64,000 nucleotides of DNA from an uncultured Acidobacteriaceae bacterium (GCA_963793845.1 CAWCBG010000002.1:743562-807561), one strand, 5' to 3'; counted from the first letter of the stretch, positions 29,190-39,083 are shown. Translations and numbers: made by a program. Notes: a model not told the origin generated them from the letters alone.

Positions 29190-30407
29190 ATGACAACCAC
29201 GACGGCCCGCACTAATCCGCTTTCTTATCTGACCGATCAACTGGACGAACTCAAGCAGAAGGGCACCTACTTCAAACTGCGGGTGCTCGACGACGAGCAG
29301 GCGCCGGTCTGCACGTTCGACGGCAAGAAGGTCATCAACCTGGCTTCCAACAACTACCTCGGGCTGACCACCCATCCCAAATTACGCGAGGCCGCGCTGG
29401 AAGCCACGCGTAAGTATGGTGTCGGCTCGGGCGCGGTGCGCACCATCGCCGGAACCATGAAGATTCACATGGAACTGGAGGAGAAGATCGCGCGCTTCAA
29501 GAACGTCGAAGCCTGCGTGGTCTTCCAGTCCGGCTTTACCGCGAACGCGGGAACGGTTTCGGCGCTGCTGGGCAAAGAAGACTTCATCGTCTCCGACGAG
29601 CTGAATCATGCCAGCATCATCGACGGCGCCCGGCTTTCGCGGGCCAAGATCAAGGTCTTCCGCCACAAAGATCTCGCCCACGCGGAGGAGCAGCTTGAGT
29701 CGATCAAGAATGAGCCCGGCCGCAGGCTACTGATCACAGATGGTGTCTTCTCCATGGACGGCGACATCGGTCCGTTGCCCGGCCTGTGCGATCTGGCTGA
29801 GAAATACGGCGCCATCATGATGGTGGACGATGCGCATTCGTCCGGAGTGCTGGGCCGCAATGGCCGCGGCACCATCGATCATTTCAACGTACATGGCCGG
29901 GTCGATGTCCAGGTGGGCACGCTGTCGAAGGCCATCGGCGCGCTGGGTGGATACGTTTGTGGCACCCGCGACTTGATTGAATTCCTCTATCATCGCGGGC
30001 GGCCGTTCCTGTTCTCCACCTCGCATCCGCCATCCGTAGCAGCGACCTGCATCGCAGCCTTCGATGTTCTGGAGCAGGAGCCCGAGCGCATCGACAAGCT
30101 ATGGGAGAACACCCGCTACTGGAAGCAGCAGCTTGGCGATGTCGGCTTCAACATCGGTGGCGTAACCACGCCAGCCAGCGAGACGCCGATTACCCCCATC
30201 ATCATTGGCGATGGCCGGCTCACCATGGACTTCTCCCGCGAGCTGTTCAACCAGGGCGTGATGGGAACGGGCATCGCCTTTCCGACTGTGCCGGAAGGCA
30301 AGGCACGTATCCGCACCATCGTTACTGCGACCCATACGCGTGAAGAGCTCGACCAGGCGCTGGAGACGCTGAAGCGAGTGGGCAAGCGCATGGGAATTCT
30401 CGCGTAG
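29190..30407 (+). CDS. kbl: glycine C-acetyltransferase (2-amino-3-ketobutyrate CoA ligase)
   Basis: Class-II aminotransferase pattern NNYLGL, DELNHASIIDG, DDAHS and GTLSKA (PLP lysine). Sits in the tdh-kbl pair. Confidence 0.85.
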   Translation: MTTTTARTNPLSYLTDQLDELKQKGTYFKLRVLDDEQAPVCTFDGKKVINLASNNYLGLTTHPKLREAALEATRKYGVGSGAVRTIAGTMKIHMELEEKIARFKNVEACVVFQSGFTANAGTVSALLGKEDFIVSDELNHASIIDGARLSRAKIKVFRHKDLAHAEEQLESIKNEPGRRLLITDGVFSMDGDIGPLPGLCDLAEKYGAIMMVDDAHSSGVLGRNGRGTIDHFNVHGRVDVQVGTLSKAIGALGGYVCGTRDLIEFLYHRGRPFLFSTSHPPSVAATCIAAFDVLEQEPERIDKLWENTRYWKQQLGDVGFNIGGVTTPASETPITPIIIGDGRLTMDFSRELFNQGVMGTGIAFPTVPEGKARIRTIVTATHTREELDQALETLKRVGKRMGILA

Positions 30408-30854
30408 GTGGAATGTTCGATGTGGCAAAGGACGAAACAATTCTTTGCTCGGATCGCACGTACGACAGCCGCATCGCTCCGCTCAACTGGGGGCGGGCAA
30501 GTTCCAGCCAGCCAATGCGACTACGTCGTGCGGGGCAGTAGAGGAGATTTATATGGATGCCGTTGGCTAAATTGCCAAGCGCCACGCGGGCATCAAGGGC
30601 CACACAAGGATCCCTACGGCCGAGGCTTCCAGTCGAATATCCGCTCGCACCACATCCGCAAAGGTCAAATGCCGTGTGAGTTCGTTCTGAAGGTTGATCC
30701 ATCTGAGTACGCTGGACGGCAGTACTTGCGTTGCTTTCGAATCGAGGGCCACTTTGGCCTGCACCGCGACGAGTATGGTGGCCGCTTCAGGTCCAATACT
30801 CTCGACACGGATGTCATGACGTACGATTCACGCTACTCGCGGAGGAGCAAGTGA
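30408..30854 (+). CDS. hypothetical small protein with two tandem ~41-aa C..C..H..H modules
   Basis: The internal duplication is conserved at the protein level but hardly at the DNA level (15/41 identical: C,V,G,L,C,GH,G,H,D,YG,F,SN). Its stop overlaps the GTG of the next gene (GTGA). The true start is uncertain: GTG 30408, ATG 30420 or ATG 30669. Confidence 0.5.
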   Translation: MECSMWQRTKQFFARIARTTAASLRSTGGGQVPASQCDYVVRGSRGDLYGCRWLNCQAPRGHQGPHKDPYGRGFQSNIRSHHIRKGQMPCEFVLKVDPSEYAGRQYLRCFRIEGHFGLHRDEYGGRFRSNTLDTDVMTYDSRYSRRSK

Positions 30855-31282
30855 AGCGTTGGGCTGCGATGTTGATAGGAGCAGCTTGCGCTGCGATATT
30901 GGTTCCGCTGCTCGTAAGGCATGGCCAACTAGTATTAGGACTTGTGTTACGGCATGGGTTCGCGCTGGTTTGCCATCAGCGTCCAGAGCGTTCGTTCGTG
31001 GTCTTTGGCGGTACAGTTGCTGTCTGCGCGAGGTGCCTGGGGATCTACCTGGGAGCCGGAGTGGGGCTGCTGTTTCGCACTTCACGTAAGCAGGCATTGC
31101 GGTTCTTGATCACGGCGGCGGCCTTCAACCTGATCGACATCGCGAGCGAGCTCGCAGGGCTGCATGGAAACTGGCTCTGGGTGCGGTTTGGGCTGGGGCT
31201 TCTCCTGGGAGCGGCGTCGGGACTGCTGGTTTCGTCGATGACGACAGGTCGACCGATCAGAACAGCCGCAGTCAGGGTTTAG
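30851..31282 (+). CDS. DUF2085 membrane protein
   Basis: VCHQRPERSFVVFGGTVAVCARCLGIYLGAGVG plus about four TM helices. GGAGG lies 5 nt upstream of GTG 30851. Confidence 0.7.
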   Translation: MKRWAAMLIGAACAAILVPLLVRHGQLVLGLVLRHGFALVCHQRPERSFVVFGGTVAVCARCLGIYLGAGVGLLFRTSRKQALRFLITAAAFNLIDIASELAGLHGNWLWVRFGLGLLLGAASGLLVSSMTTGRPIRTAAVRV

Positions 31283-31305
31283 GAGCCGCGCCAACCGTTT
31301 ACAAC

Positions 31306-32589
31306 TTACCCTTCGTGGACGATCCTTCCACCTAAAATGGTCGCCACGACTTTGCCGGTGAAGCTCCAGCCGTCAAAAGGTGTATTGTGCGACTTCGATT
31401 TCGATCGGTTTACGTCGAAGATCCATTTCTTCTTTGGGTCAAAGATAGTGACGTCGCCGTGAGCCCCAATCGCCAGTGTTCCCCGGCCCTCCAGGTTGAA
31501 GATCTTCGCCGCGTTCGACGAGAGCAGTTCGACAATGCGCCACAACGGCAGCTTGAAGTGATGATGCAGCACCGTGATCGCCAGCGGCAGCGCAGTTTCC
31601 AGGCCGGCGATGCCGAAGGAGGCGCGCTCGAACTCCACCTGCTTCTCGTGGAAGGCATGCGGCGCGTGATCTGTGGCGATGACATCCATGGTTCCGTCGA
31701 TGAGGCCCTCGATCATGGCGTCGCGATCGGCTGCTGAGCGCAGCGGCGGATTCATCTTGTAGTTGGTGTCGAACTCCCCGATGTTGTCGTCGAGCAGGGT
31801 AAAGTGATGCGGCGTGACCTCGGCTGTGACATGCAGCCCCGTTTTCTTCGCCCGGCGCACGGCTTCGAGCGCCTCACGGGTGGAGATGTGCGCGACGTGA
31901 ATGTGGCCCCTCGTCTCACGGGCAAGCGCAATGTCGCGCTGCACGATACCTGACTCTGCCGCGTTCGGCATGCCGCGCAATCCAAGCCGAAACGACGCAG
32001 GCCCCAGATTCATCGAGCATCCGCCGGTCAGGCGCGTGTCCTCGGCATGCTGCACCACCGGCATCTTCAGCTTGGCCGAGAGGCGCAAGGCTTCACGCAT
32101 TAGCTTGTCATCGAGAATCGGCTTGCCATCATCGCTCACCGCGACGGCGCCCGCCTTCTTCAGCGCGGCAAAATCGGTGAGCTTCTCGCCCATGCTGCCT
32201 AACGTGGCCGCCGCAACGGGGAAGACATTTACCGCTGCGCCGCGCTCGGCGGCCTGCATCCAGCGGGTGATTTCGGCGGAGTCATTGACCGGAACGGTAT
32301 TCGGCATGGGGCAAACCGAAGTAAATCCTCCCGCCGCCGCTGCCGCGGTTCCGGTGGCAATCGTCTCTTTGTGCGACTGGCCCGGCTCTCGCAGATGGAT
32401 GTGAAGGTCGATGAAGCCAGGCGCGACCACCAGTCCCTTGGCGTTCATGGTCTGCTTCGACTCGCCGCGCAGCTTCCCCGGAGAGGCGAGGGCGGCCACG
32501 CGTCCATCGCGCAATAGCACGTCCATCTCCTGATCGACACCTGTGGCCGGATCGATCACACGTCCACGTTCTATCAGCAATGAGTCCAT
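31306..32589 (-). CDS. pyrC: dihydroorotase
   Basis: GFIDLHIHLREPG, AAAAGGFTSV, HAED and DHAPH motifs. Sits in the pyrR-pyrB-pyrC arrangement. Confidence 0.9.
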   Translation of the reverse strand: MDSLLIERGRVIDPATGVDQEMDVLLRDGRVAALASPGKLRGESKQTMNAKGLVVAPGFIDLHIHLREPGQSHKETIATGTAAAAAGGFTSVCPMPNTVPVNDSAEITRWMQAAERGAAVNVFPVAAATLGSMGEKLTDFAALKKAGAVAVSDDGKPILDDKLMREALRLSAKLKMPVVQHAEDTRLTGGCSMNLGPASFRLGLRGMPNAAESGIVQRDIALARETRGHIHVAHISTREALEAVRRAKKTGLHVTAEVTPHHFTLLDDNIGEFDTNYKMNPPLRSAADRDAMIEGLIDGTMDVIATDHAPHAFHEKQVEFERASFGIAGLETALPLAITVLHHHFKLPLWRIVELLSSNAAKIFNLEGRGTLAIGAHGDVTIFDPKKKWIFDVNRSKSKSHNTPFDGWSFTGKVVATILGGRIVHEG

Positions 32590-33498
32590 CTAACGGGCCA
32601 CTCCTAGGACGGTAGCCAGAATTGCCATACGCGTCTTAACCCCGTTTGCCACCTGCTCGTGCACAACCGACTGCGGTCCGTCGGCAACCTCGCTGGTCAG
32701 TTCCATGCCGCGAATGATTGGGCCGGGATGCATGAGAATGGCATCGGGTTTTGCCAGCTTCATGCGCTCGGCGTTGATCTGGTAGTTCGCGATGTATGCT
32801 TCGATGCCAAGTTCCTTGCCGGCCAACCGCTCTTTCTGAACGCGCAGCGACATCACGACGTCAGCACCCTGCAGCGCTGCCTCAAGATCGTGGCAAGCGG
32901 TAACGCCCGCAGCTATGGTCGCCGAAACGTCGGGCACAAGCTCCGGCGGTCCGCAGAAGATGGTTTCCGCCTCAAACTTCGACAGCAAGTGCGCGTTGGA
33001 GCGGGCCACGCGGCTATGAAAGACGTCGCCGACGATGACTACGCGCAAGCCCTTCAGCTTCTTCTTGTAATTGGTAATCGTCAGGGCATCCAGCAGGGCC
33101 TGCGACGGATGTTGGTGCATACCGTCTCCGGCGTTGACCAGCGGCGTCGGTATATAACGCGACAGCAGATACGGCGCGCCGCTATTGGGATGACGCAGAA
33201 CGATCACGTCGGCGCCCAGCGACGTAATGGTCCAGGCAGTGTCGATCAACGACTCGCCCTTTTCGATGCTGGATGAGGCCGCGGTAATCAATGTAGTGGT
33301 AGCGCCCAGCGCCTTGGCGGCAAATTCAAACGAGGTGCGGGTCCTGGTGGACGACTCATAGAAGAGCAGCACTACACGCTTGCCGCGCAACCACTGCGGC
33401 GCGCGGCGCGGGTTGAGGCGCCGGGCCAGCGCCAATATCGCTTCGATTTGTGCAGTGGTGAGTTGATCGGTGCCCAGCAGCGAACGCAGTGGCTTCAT
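32590..33498 (-). CDS. pyrB: aspartate carbamoyltransferase catalytic subunit
   Basis: FYESSTRTRTSFE, HPSQALLD and HPGP motifs. Confidence 0.9.
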   Translation of the reverse strand: MKPLRSLLGTDQLTTAQIEAILALARRLNPRRAPQWLRGKRVVLLFYESSTRTRTSFEFAAKALGATTTLITAASSSIEKGESLIDTAWTITSLGADVIVLRHPNSGAPYLLSRYIPTPLVNAGDGMHQHPSQALLDALTITNYKKKLKGLRVVIVGDVFHSRVARSNAHLLSKFEAETIFCGPPELVPDVSATIAAGVTACHDLEAALQGADVVMSLRVQKERLAGKELGIEAYIANYQINAERMKLAKPDAILMHPGPIIRGMELTSEVADGPQSVVHEQVANGVKTRMAILATVLGVAR

Positions 33499-34076
33499 TG
33501 GCCCTCGGCGACCCGCTCAACCAGCAGAACTTTTTCGGCGCTATCCGTCTCTTGCAGTTTGACTTCGACAATCTCCCGGTCGGTGGTTGGAACTTTGCGT
33601 CCGACAAATGCCGCCTCGATGGGAAGCTCGCGGTGGCCGCGATCGATGAGCACACAGAGTTGAATGCGGCGCGGACGGCCGTGATCGAAAAGTGCGTCCA
33701 GCGCCGCTCGCGTCGTCCTGCCGGTGTAAAGCACGTCATCCACGAGAATGATGTCCTTGTCCTGGATGTCGAATTCCATTTCACCGGGCGTGACCTCGGG
33801 ACGATGCCCAACCGTGGAAAGGTCGTCGCGATAGAAGGTGATGTCGAGCGTTCCCACCGGCACTTCGGTCTTCTCGATACGGCCCAGGATCTTGGCCAGC
33901 CGCTGCGCCAGCGGTACTCCGCGGCGCTTGATGCCTATGAGACCGAGGTTGGCCACGCCATTGTTCTTCTCGACAATCTCGTGGGCCAGGCGAACCAGGG
34001 TGCGCTCGATTTCGGAGGCGGAAAGGATTTGCGATTTCTCGCGCAGGGTAGGTGGACGTGTCGAAGGAACTGTCAT
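33495..34076 (-). CDS. pyrR: bifunctional pyr operon regulator / uracil phosphoribosyltransferase PyrR
   Basis: Trimmed from the 379-aa ORF to MTVPSTRPP... Contains ILVDDVLYTGRTTRAAL (PRPP loop). ATGA overlap with pyrB. Confidence 0.85.
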   Translation of the reverse strand: MTVPSTRPPTLREKSQILSASEIERTLVRLAHEIVEKNNGVANLGLIGIKRRGVPLAQRLAKILGRIEKTEVPVGTLDITFYRDDLSTVGHRPEVTPGEMEFDIQDKDIILVDDVLYTGRTTRAALDALFDHGRPRRIQLCVLIDRGHRELPIEAAFVGRKVPTTDREIVEVKLQETDSAEKVLLVERVAEGQ

Positions 34077-34144
34077 GCCTGTTGAATCATACGAAAAGCG
34101 TCCTAGCGGGGCAAATGAGATTGGATGCGCCCGATCCGAAACGT

Positions 34145-34870
34145 CTAGCGAAAATCTTTGCGCCGGGGGAACATGGAGGCTCCGAGCGCACCGCCAGCGG
34201 CAGTAAATAACAGGAAGGCTACGGCAACAATCGCCAGCATCAGTACGAATAATGCGGCAGCGCCTTCGGGTGTGTTGAGCCTGTCCATCAACTGTTGGGC
34301 CATCTTCTGAACCTCGGGATCGGGGTTGCGCTCCAGGGCTTTCTGCATCTGTTCCTGCATTTGCTGACGAAAATCGGAGGCATGAAACACCAGGAACTGC
34401 AGAGTACTCATGACGGCATTGAGCAGGAACGCAAACACTCCCGCCAGGCCACCGAGCCGCATTCCCATGCCCGGCGTGATTACCGTGCCGGGCACCTGCC
34501 GCTGATACAGGGTCACAGAGAGCGCGCCCGCGCCCAGCAGCCAAAGGCAGCATCCCAGCGAGATGTAAGGGATACTGGAAAGCAGCCCGGCGCCCACGCC
34601 CACCATGAGCGCGCCCTTCCAGGCAAGATCCCAATGGATGGCGTTTGGTTGTCCTGGATAGACAGTGCCTTCAGGAGCCCATGATGCACGAGACGCCGTC
34701 GGCGGCGCTTGTCCCGCGGGCGGCGGAGGTGCGCTGTCCTGCTCCGGCGATATGACGCGGATCTGCGGAGCCCCGCAGGACGGGCAAAACGGAACTCCTT
34801 CAGGAATGGAAGCGTGGCAGCTGTAACAGGGATGGTCCACCGCAAAAAACGTTACAGGAGTTGGGCCCAC
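34145..34870 (-). CDS. zinc-ribbon-domain membrane protein (hypothetical)
   Basis: CYSCHASIPEGVPFCPSCGAPQ, then a Pro-rich linker and about four TM helices. Confidence 0.6.
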   Translation of the reverse strand: MGPTPVTFFAVDHPCYSCHASIPEGVPFCPSCGAPQIRVISPEQDSAPPPPAGQAPPTASRASWAPEGTVYPGQPNAIHWDLAWKGALMVGVGAGLLSSIPYISLGCCLWLLGAGALSVTLYQRQVPGTVITPGMGMRLGGLAGVFAFLLNAVMSTLQFLVFHASDFRQQMQEQMQKALERNPDPEVQKMAQQLMDRLNTPEGAAALFVLMLAIVAVAFLLFTAAGGALGASMFPRRKDFR

Positions 34871-34932
34871 GCTGCAACCACACCTGCAGGAACTGCCGAA
34901 GAATCATCTTGCCGCAACGGTATGCGGGATCG

Positions 34933-35316
34933 TCAGACGTTGACCCGATCACCATGACTGGGAGGTTGACTGGTGACCAGCATGCGTACCGGGTGTCCAC
35001 TTCGGTTCAGAGCCTGATGGCGGTGGCCGGGGGCAACCTCCAGTCCTTGGCCCGCTTGCAGAACAAATTCACGGTGCTCGACTTCGAGGGTCAATTCGCC
35101 TTCGAGAACGTAGAAGAATTGGCGGGCCCGAACGTGGGAGTGCCGAATCTCGCTCGAACCGGGAGGCATGAGTTCCTCGATGATGCTGAGCTCGGATGTT
35201 TTGACCAGGTGCCAGCCGTCGCAGTCAGTCCCCTGCGGGCCTCCCCACTTGTAATGTTCAGCCGATTCGGTGCTGATAACTACTGGCATCAATCGCTCAA
35301 GGGCGGCTTCACTCAT
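34933..35316 (-). CDS. cupin-domain protein
   Basis: 127 aa containing G..E.RHSH..ARQFFYVLEGELTL..G.EV.PG..H...N. Confidence 0.65.
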   Translation of the reverse strand: MSEAALERLMPVVISTESAEHYKWGGPQGTDCDGWHLVKTSELSIIEELMPPGSSEIRHSHVRARQFFYVLEGELTLEVEHREFVLQAGQGLEVAPGHRHQALNRSGHPVRMLVTSQPPSHGDRVNV

Positions 35317-35325
35317 TGCAGGTTT

Positions 35326-35898
35326 CTACAGTTCGCCTTCTTTGCCATGCATTTGAATGAGCACGGTGCCGAAGCGCGTTCCTTTTCCGTCCGGCTGAAT
35401 GGATACCAGGTGCTGATTATCGTTGGTGCCGACTTTCACTTCCCATCCATCGCCGCTGGCATCGCCGCAACTGACTTTCTCATTGCCATTGTCGCCGTGA
35501 TGCCCTGATCCATTGTCGTTGTGTCCCTTGCACACCACGACATCGCCCCACTTCTTCAGCTTGTCTTCGTAGAACGTCTTCACCTTGTCGGGCGAGTCGT
35601 CGGTTACGAACTCAGCAGCAACTACCTTGAGTCCAAAGCCCATGCCGGCAATATTGACGTTCGCATGGTGGGTGTCGCCCGAACTTTCGGGACGGGGACG
35701 CGCACCTGGATATACCGGGATTCCGTTGTCGGCAGATTTTTGGTTGGTATCCACCTTCAGGTTGGCGAAGGGCGTCTGAATATCCACCTTCTTGTTCTGC
35801 TGGTCTTTGTCATCAACATGAACACTGCATCCGGCCAGCAGCAAGACGAGGCTGCAGAGAACAATGCCTACGAATAACTTGCGCGCACCATATTTCAT
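35326..35898 (-). CDS. lipoprotein, hypothetical
   Basis: Trimmed to MKYGARKLFVGIVLCSLVLLLAGC (lipobox) with GGAGGA upstream. His/Gly/Asp-rich middle region. Confidence 0.6.
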   Translation of the reverse strand: MKYGARKLFVGIVLCSLVLLLAGCSVHVDDKDQQNKKVDIQTPFANLKVDTNQKSADNGIPVYPGARPRPESSGDTHHANVNIAGMGFGLKVVAAEFVTDDSPDKVKTFYEDKLKKWGDVVVCKGHNDNGSGHHGDNGNEKVSCGDASGDGWEVKVGTNDNQHLVSIQPDGKGTRFGTVLIQMHGKEGEL

Positions 35899-37797
35899 TG
35901 CGATCCTCCGCCGGTGGACTTCGGCACCACGCCGAGGCCTACCCCTCTTTCCGCGATGTTTGGGATGGTCACCGGCAACCTCCCGGGCATTGCGATCTCT
36001 CCAAACATCGCTCTCACTGCGCTCAACTCCGACACATCCACATTCGAGAAAGTGCACAGGTACGTTTGAACCTCAGGCAATTGCTGGGCAATGTACGGAT
36101 TGCCCATCGCCGCAACCACGGTTTTGGCTGCCGCGGCCCGTAAGACGTTTTGCAGGAGCGTAGTCGCCGAGTCTTGCATCGCAACCTGGTTGCCTGCTGC
36201 TCCCGCCACATCGCGAACCACCTTGCCCGCCACAGGCACTACAAACACGGCCGCTATCACCTTCTGCGCTTGCTGCACCGCATCCATCACTGGCTGGGTC
36301 ATTCCCACCGCGTCGAGCGGGTCAACATAGATTACACGAGCATCAGGAATGCGCTGCCGAATCTGCTGATCCATGGTCCGGCCCGAATCGGAGCGGGCGT
36401 CGTCGGTAAAGACCAGCAAGACGGTGCGGTTGTGCGTCTCCTCTGTAGCCTGATACGCAGTGCGGGGCCCGTTGGTTCCCGGTGGGGAAGCCTTGAGCGG
36501 CAAAACCTGATGGTTGTCGCGAACCAGGGTGACGGACTGGTCGGAGATTTCCTGTGCCGTTGCCAGGCTCTGCGGCTTGGCGACGATGCTGGTTATGGCG
36601 TCGATATCGACCAGCTTGGCCTTGTTGAGTCCGACCGATGCCTTGGCACGCAGTATCTTCAGCACCGAGGCGTCAATGCGTGACTCAGGAACTTCGCCGC
36701 TGCGCACGGCTTGCAGCAGGCCGTTATAGGAGCCGTCGAGGTCAGACGGGATCAGCAGCACATCGTTGCCCGCCTTGACCGCCTCGACGGCAGCACGGCC
36801 TGCACCCGCCGGACCCGGCGGGAACAACTTGGTCAGCCCATTCATGTCGAGCGCGTCGGTGATCACCAGGCCGCTGAAAGCCCATCTGCTTTTTGAGCAG
36901 GTCGGTGACGATTGCGGGCGAGATGGTGGCAACGTGGTCGGGATCAGGATCAAGCGCCGGCACCACGAGATGAGCCACCATAATCGCGTCTACGCCGGCC
37001 TTGATCGCTGCCTGGAAAGGCGGGAGTTCGATGCTCTCCAGGTGCGCCTTATCGGCTTTCACATGCGGGACCGAGAGATGGGAGTCGGTGTCCGTATCGC
37101 CGTGGCCGGGAAAATGTTTGGCCGTGGTTAACATGCCGAACTCATGCGCACCCTCGATGTAGGCCGCGACCATGTCACTGACCTGCTTGGGGTCTTCGCC
37201 GAAGGAGCGGGTATTGATAATCGGGTTCGCAGGATTGGAGTTGACGTCGGCATCAGGGAACCAGTTCCACTGCACGCCAATAGCGCGCGCTTCCTGTGCC
37301 GTGATTTGCCCCGACTCGCGGGCGTAAGCGACGTCGTCGGTGGCGCCGAAGGCCATCGCGTGCGGAAAGGTGGTAGCTCCGTTCAGCCGCATGCCCAGTC
37401 CCCGTTCGAAGTCGGCCGCGAAGATCAGCGGAAACGCTGAGTCCGTCTGCAACTGGTTGATCAGCATGGCGGCTTCGAGTGGCTCGTTCTTGTAGAGAAA
37501 CCCGTCTTCATAGCGCACCGTCATGCCGAAGCCGCCAATATGGTATTTACGCATGGTGTCACGCAGACCGATGTAATCGGGATCATCGATGTTCGTGAAC
37601 TGCGCACGGCACCAGATCACGAACATCTGACCGACCTTCTGCTCGAGCGACATCTTTTTCAGCGACTCTCGTGCCCACTTCTCGCCTTGCTTATCGAGAT
37701 GAACTGGGCCCGGCTTCTGAAATTTGTCATCCTTGGCGAAGCTGAACGAAGACAGAGCTAGCATGAGGCAGGCAAACATGACCAACAAACGAGGCAT
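35895..37797 (-). pseudogene. secreted glycoside hydrolase family 3 (NagZ/beta-glucosidase-like), +1 frameshift at about 36876 (probably a sequence error)
   Basis: N-terminal part: KVGQMFVI, KHFPGHGDTDTDSH and AIMVAH. At ..LLKKQMGF the frame breaks; dropping one base gives GFSGLVITDALDMNGL, the GH3 GF.G.V.TD motif, which continues as ORF 35895..36953. Confidence 0.8.
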
Positions 37798-37828
37798 GAC
37801 GCAGACAATAGCAGAAAGCAATGCGTGG

Positions 37829-37925
37829 TCACCACAGAGGCACCGAGGCACAGAGTTAACCTAAAATTTGTTCTTGTTTACGTGTGATTCAGATTGCCTC
37901 TGTGTCTCCGTGCCTCTGTGGTGGA
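37829..37925. repeat. repeat family C: inverted CACCACAGAGGCAC(C/G)GAG(G/A)CACAGAG arms around a 41-nt AT-rich core (MITE-like)
   Basis: tcaccacagaggcaccgaggcacagag (37829-37855) and cctctgtgtctccgtgcctctgtggtgga (37897-37925) are near reverse complements. The right arm supplies the last codons of miaA. Confidence 0.65.
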
Positions 37926-38893
37926 GGGCCCTCTGACGGGACGCGTGCATCCTGTATCAGGCCAGCCGCGCGCTGCAAAACTTCGGGAGCATCGCCAAAA
38001 CCCTGGAGCCAGCGGACCTCGGGTTCCCGCCGGAACCAGGTCATCTGACGCTTGGCATAGTTGCGATGTCCCTGTTGTGCTGCGGCGATCGCCTCTTCCA
38101 GGGACAGCTCGCCCCGCAGGTGCTGCCACGCCTGCTTGTAGCCGAGCGAATTCAGGGCTGTGACACTAGAACGATCGCGATAGCGTTCGAGCAAAGCTGC
38201 TGTTTCCTCGATCAGTCCCCGCTCGAACATCTCCCGTGCCCGGAGGTTGATCCGCTCGTAGAGCCTCTTTCGCGGGGGATCCAGACCGATGCGCAGTATC
38301 CGGAAGCCCCGCAGGGGATCGCGTCCGCGACGCTGCCAGACCTCGCTCATGGGCTCGCGCGTCGCCAAGCTGACTTCGACAGCGCGTATCAGCTTGGCAG
38401 CATCGTTGGGATGGATCTTATCCGCGCCCGCCGGATCGAGTCGCACCAGGAGCCGATGGAGATATGGCGCTCCCTGCTCTGCGGCTCGAGTTCGCAAGCG
38501 TTCGCGCAACTCTTCCGAGCGTTGCGGCCCCGGAAATAGGCCTTCGAGCAAGGCGCGTAAGTAAAGGCCTGTTCCGCCTGCGACGATCCCCAGGCGCTGG
38601 CGCTCTGCGATTTCGGCGAGCGCTTGTCGCGCCTGCCGGGAATACTCTCCGGCAGTGAAAGGCTGGTCCGGTTCCGCCACGTCGATCAGATGATGAGGTA
38701 CACTGGCCCGCTCCTCGCGGGTCGGCTTAGCGGTGCCGACCTCAAAGTATCGATAGACGGCTACCGAGTCGCAACTGACGATCTCGCCGTTGAACTGTTG
38801 GGCCAGGGTGATGCCGAGAGCAGACTTCCCTGATCCCGTGGGGCCGAGGATGACTGCCAGTAAAGGATCAGGCTCTGGCGACCGGCGGCGCAC
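37889..38893 (-). CDS. miaA: tRNA dimethylallyltransferase
   Basis: ILGPTGSGKSALGITLA, EIVSCDSVAVYR, GTAKP and GGTGLYLRALLEG. Confidence 0.9.
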   Translation of the reverse strand: MRRRSPEPDPLLAVILGPTGSGKSALGITLAQQFNGEIVSCDSVAVYRYFEVGTAKPTREERASVPHHLIDVAEPDQPFTAGEYSRQARQALAEIAERQRLGIVAGGTGLYLRALLEGLFPGPQRSEELRERLRTRAAEQGAPYLHRLLVRLDPAGADKIHPNDAAKLIRAVEVSLATREPMSEVWQRRGRDPLRGFRILRIGLDPPRKRLYERINLRAREMFERGLIEETAALLERYRDRSSVTALNSLGYKQAWQHLRGELSLEEAIAAAQQGHRNYAKRQMTWFRREPEVRWLQGFGDAPEVLQRAAGLIQDARVPSEGPPPQRHGDTEAI

Positions 38894-38897
38894 CCAT

Positions 38898-39083
38898 TCA
38901 GCGGGCGCCCCAGGGGATTGTCTTCCAGAACCGGGCGAAGGCGATCGCCAAGATCAAGAAGCCGAGCATGAGCAGGCCCAGGATTTTGCGCCGCTCGCGA
39001 GCGCGCTGCTTGGCCAGCCAGGCTTCGGCCCGCTTTTCGGGCTCGAGCCGAGACCTTGTTGAGGTTTTGTGGGCTTCGCTCAC
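38898..39083 (-). CDS. small single-pass membrane protein (hypothetical)
   Basis: 61 aa with a basic N-terminus and one TM helix (ILGLLMLGFLILAIAFARFW). Tightly packed between two same-strand genes. Confidence 0.45.
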   Translation of the reverse strand: MSEAHKTSTRSRLEPEKRAEAWLAKQRARERRKILGLLMLGFLILAIAFARFWKTIPWGAR

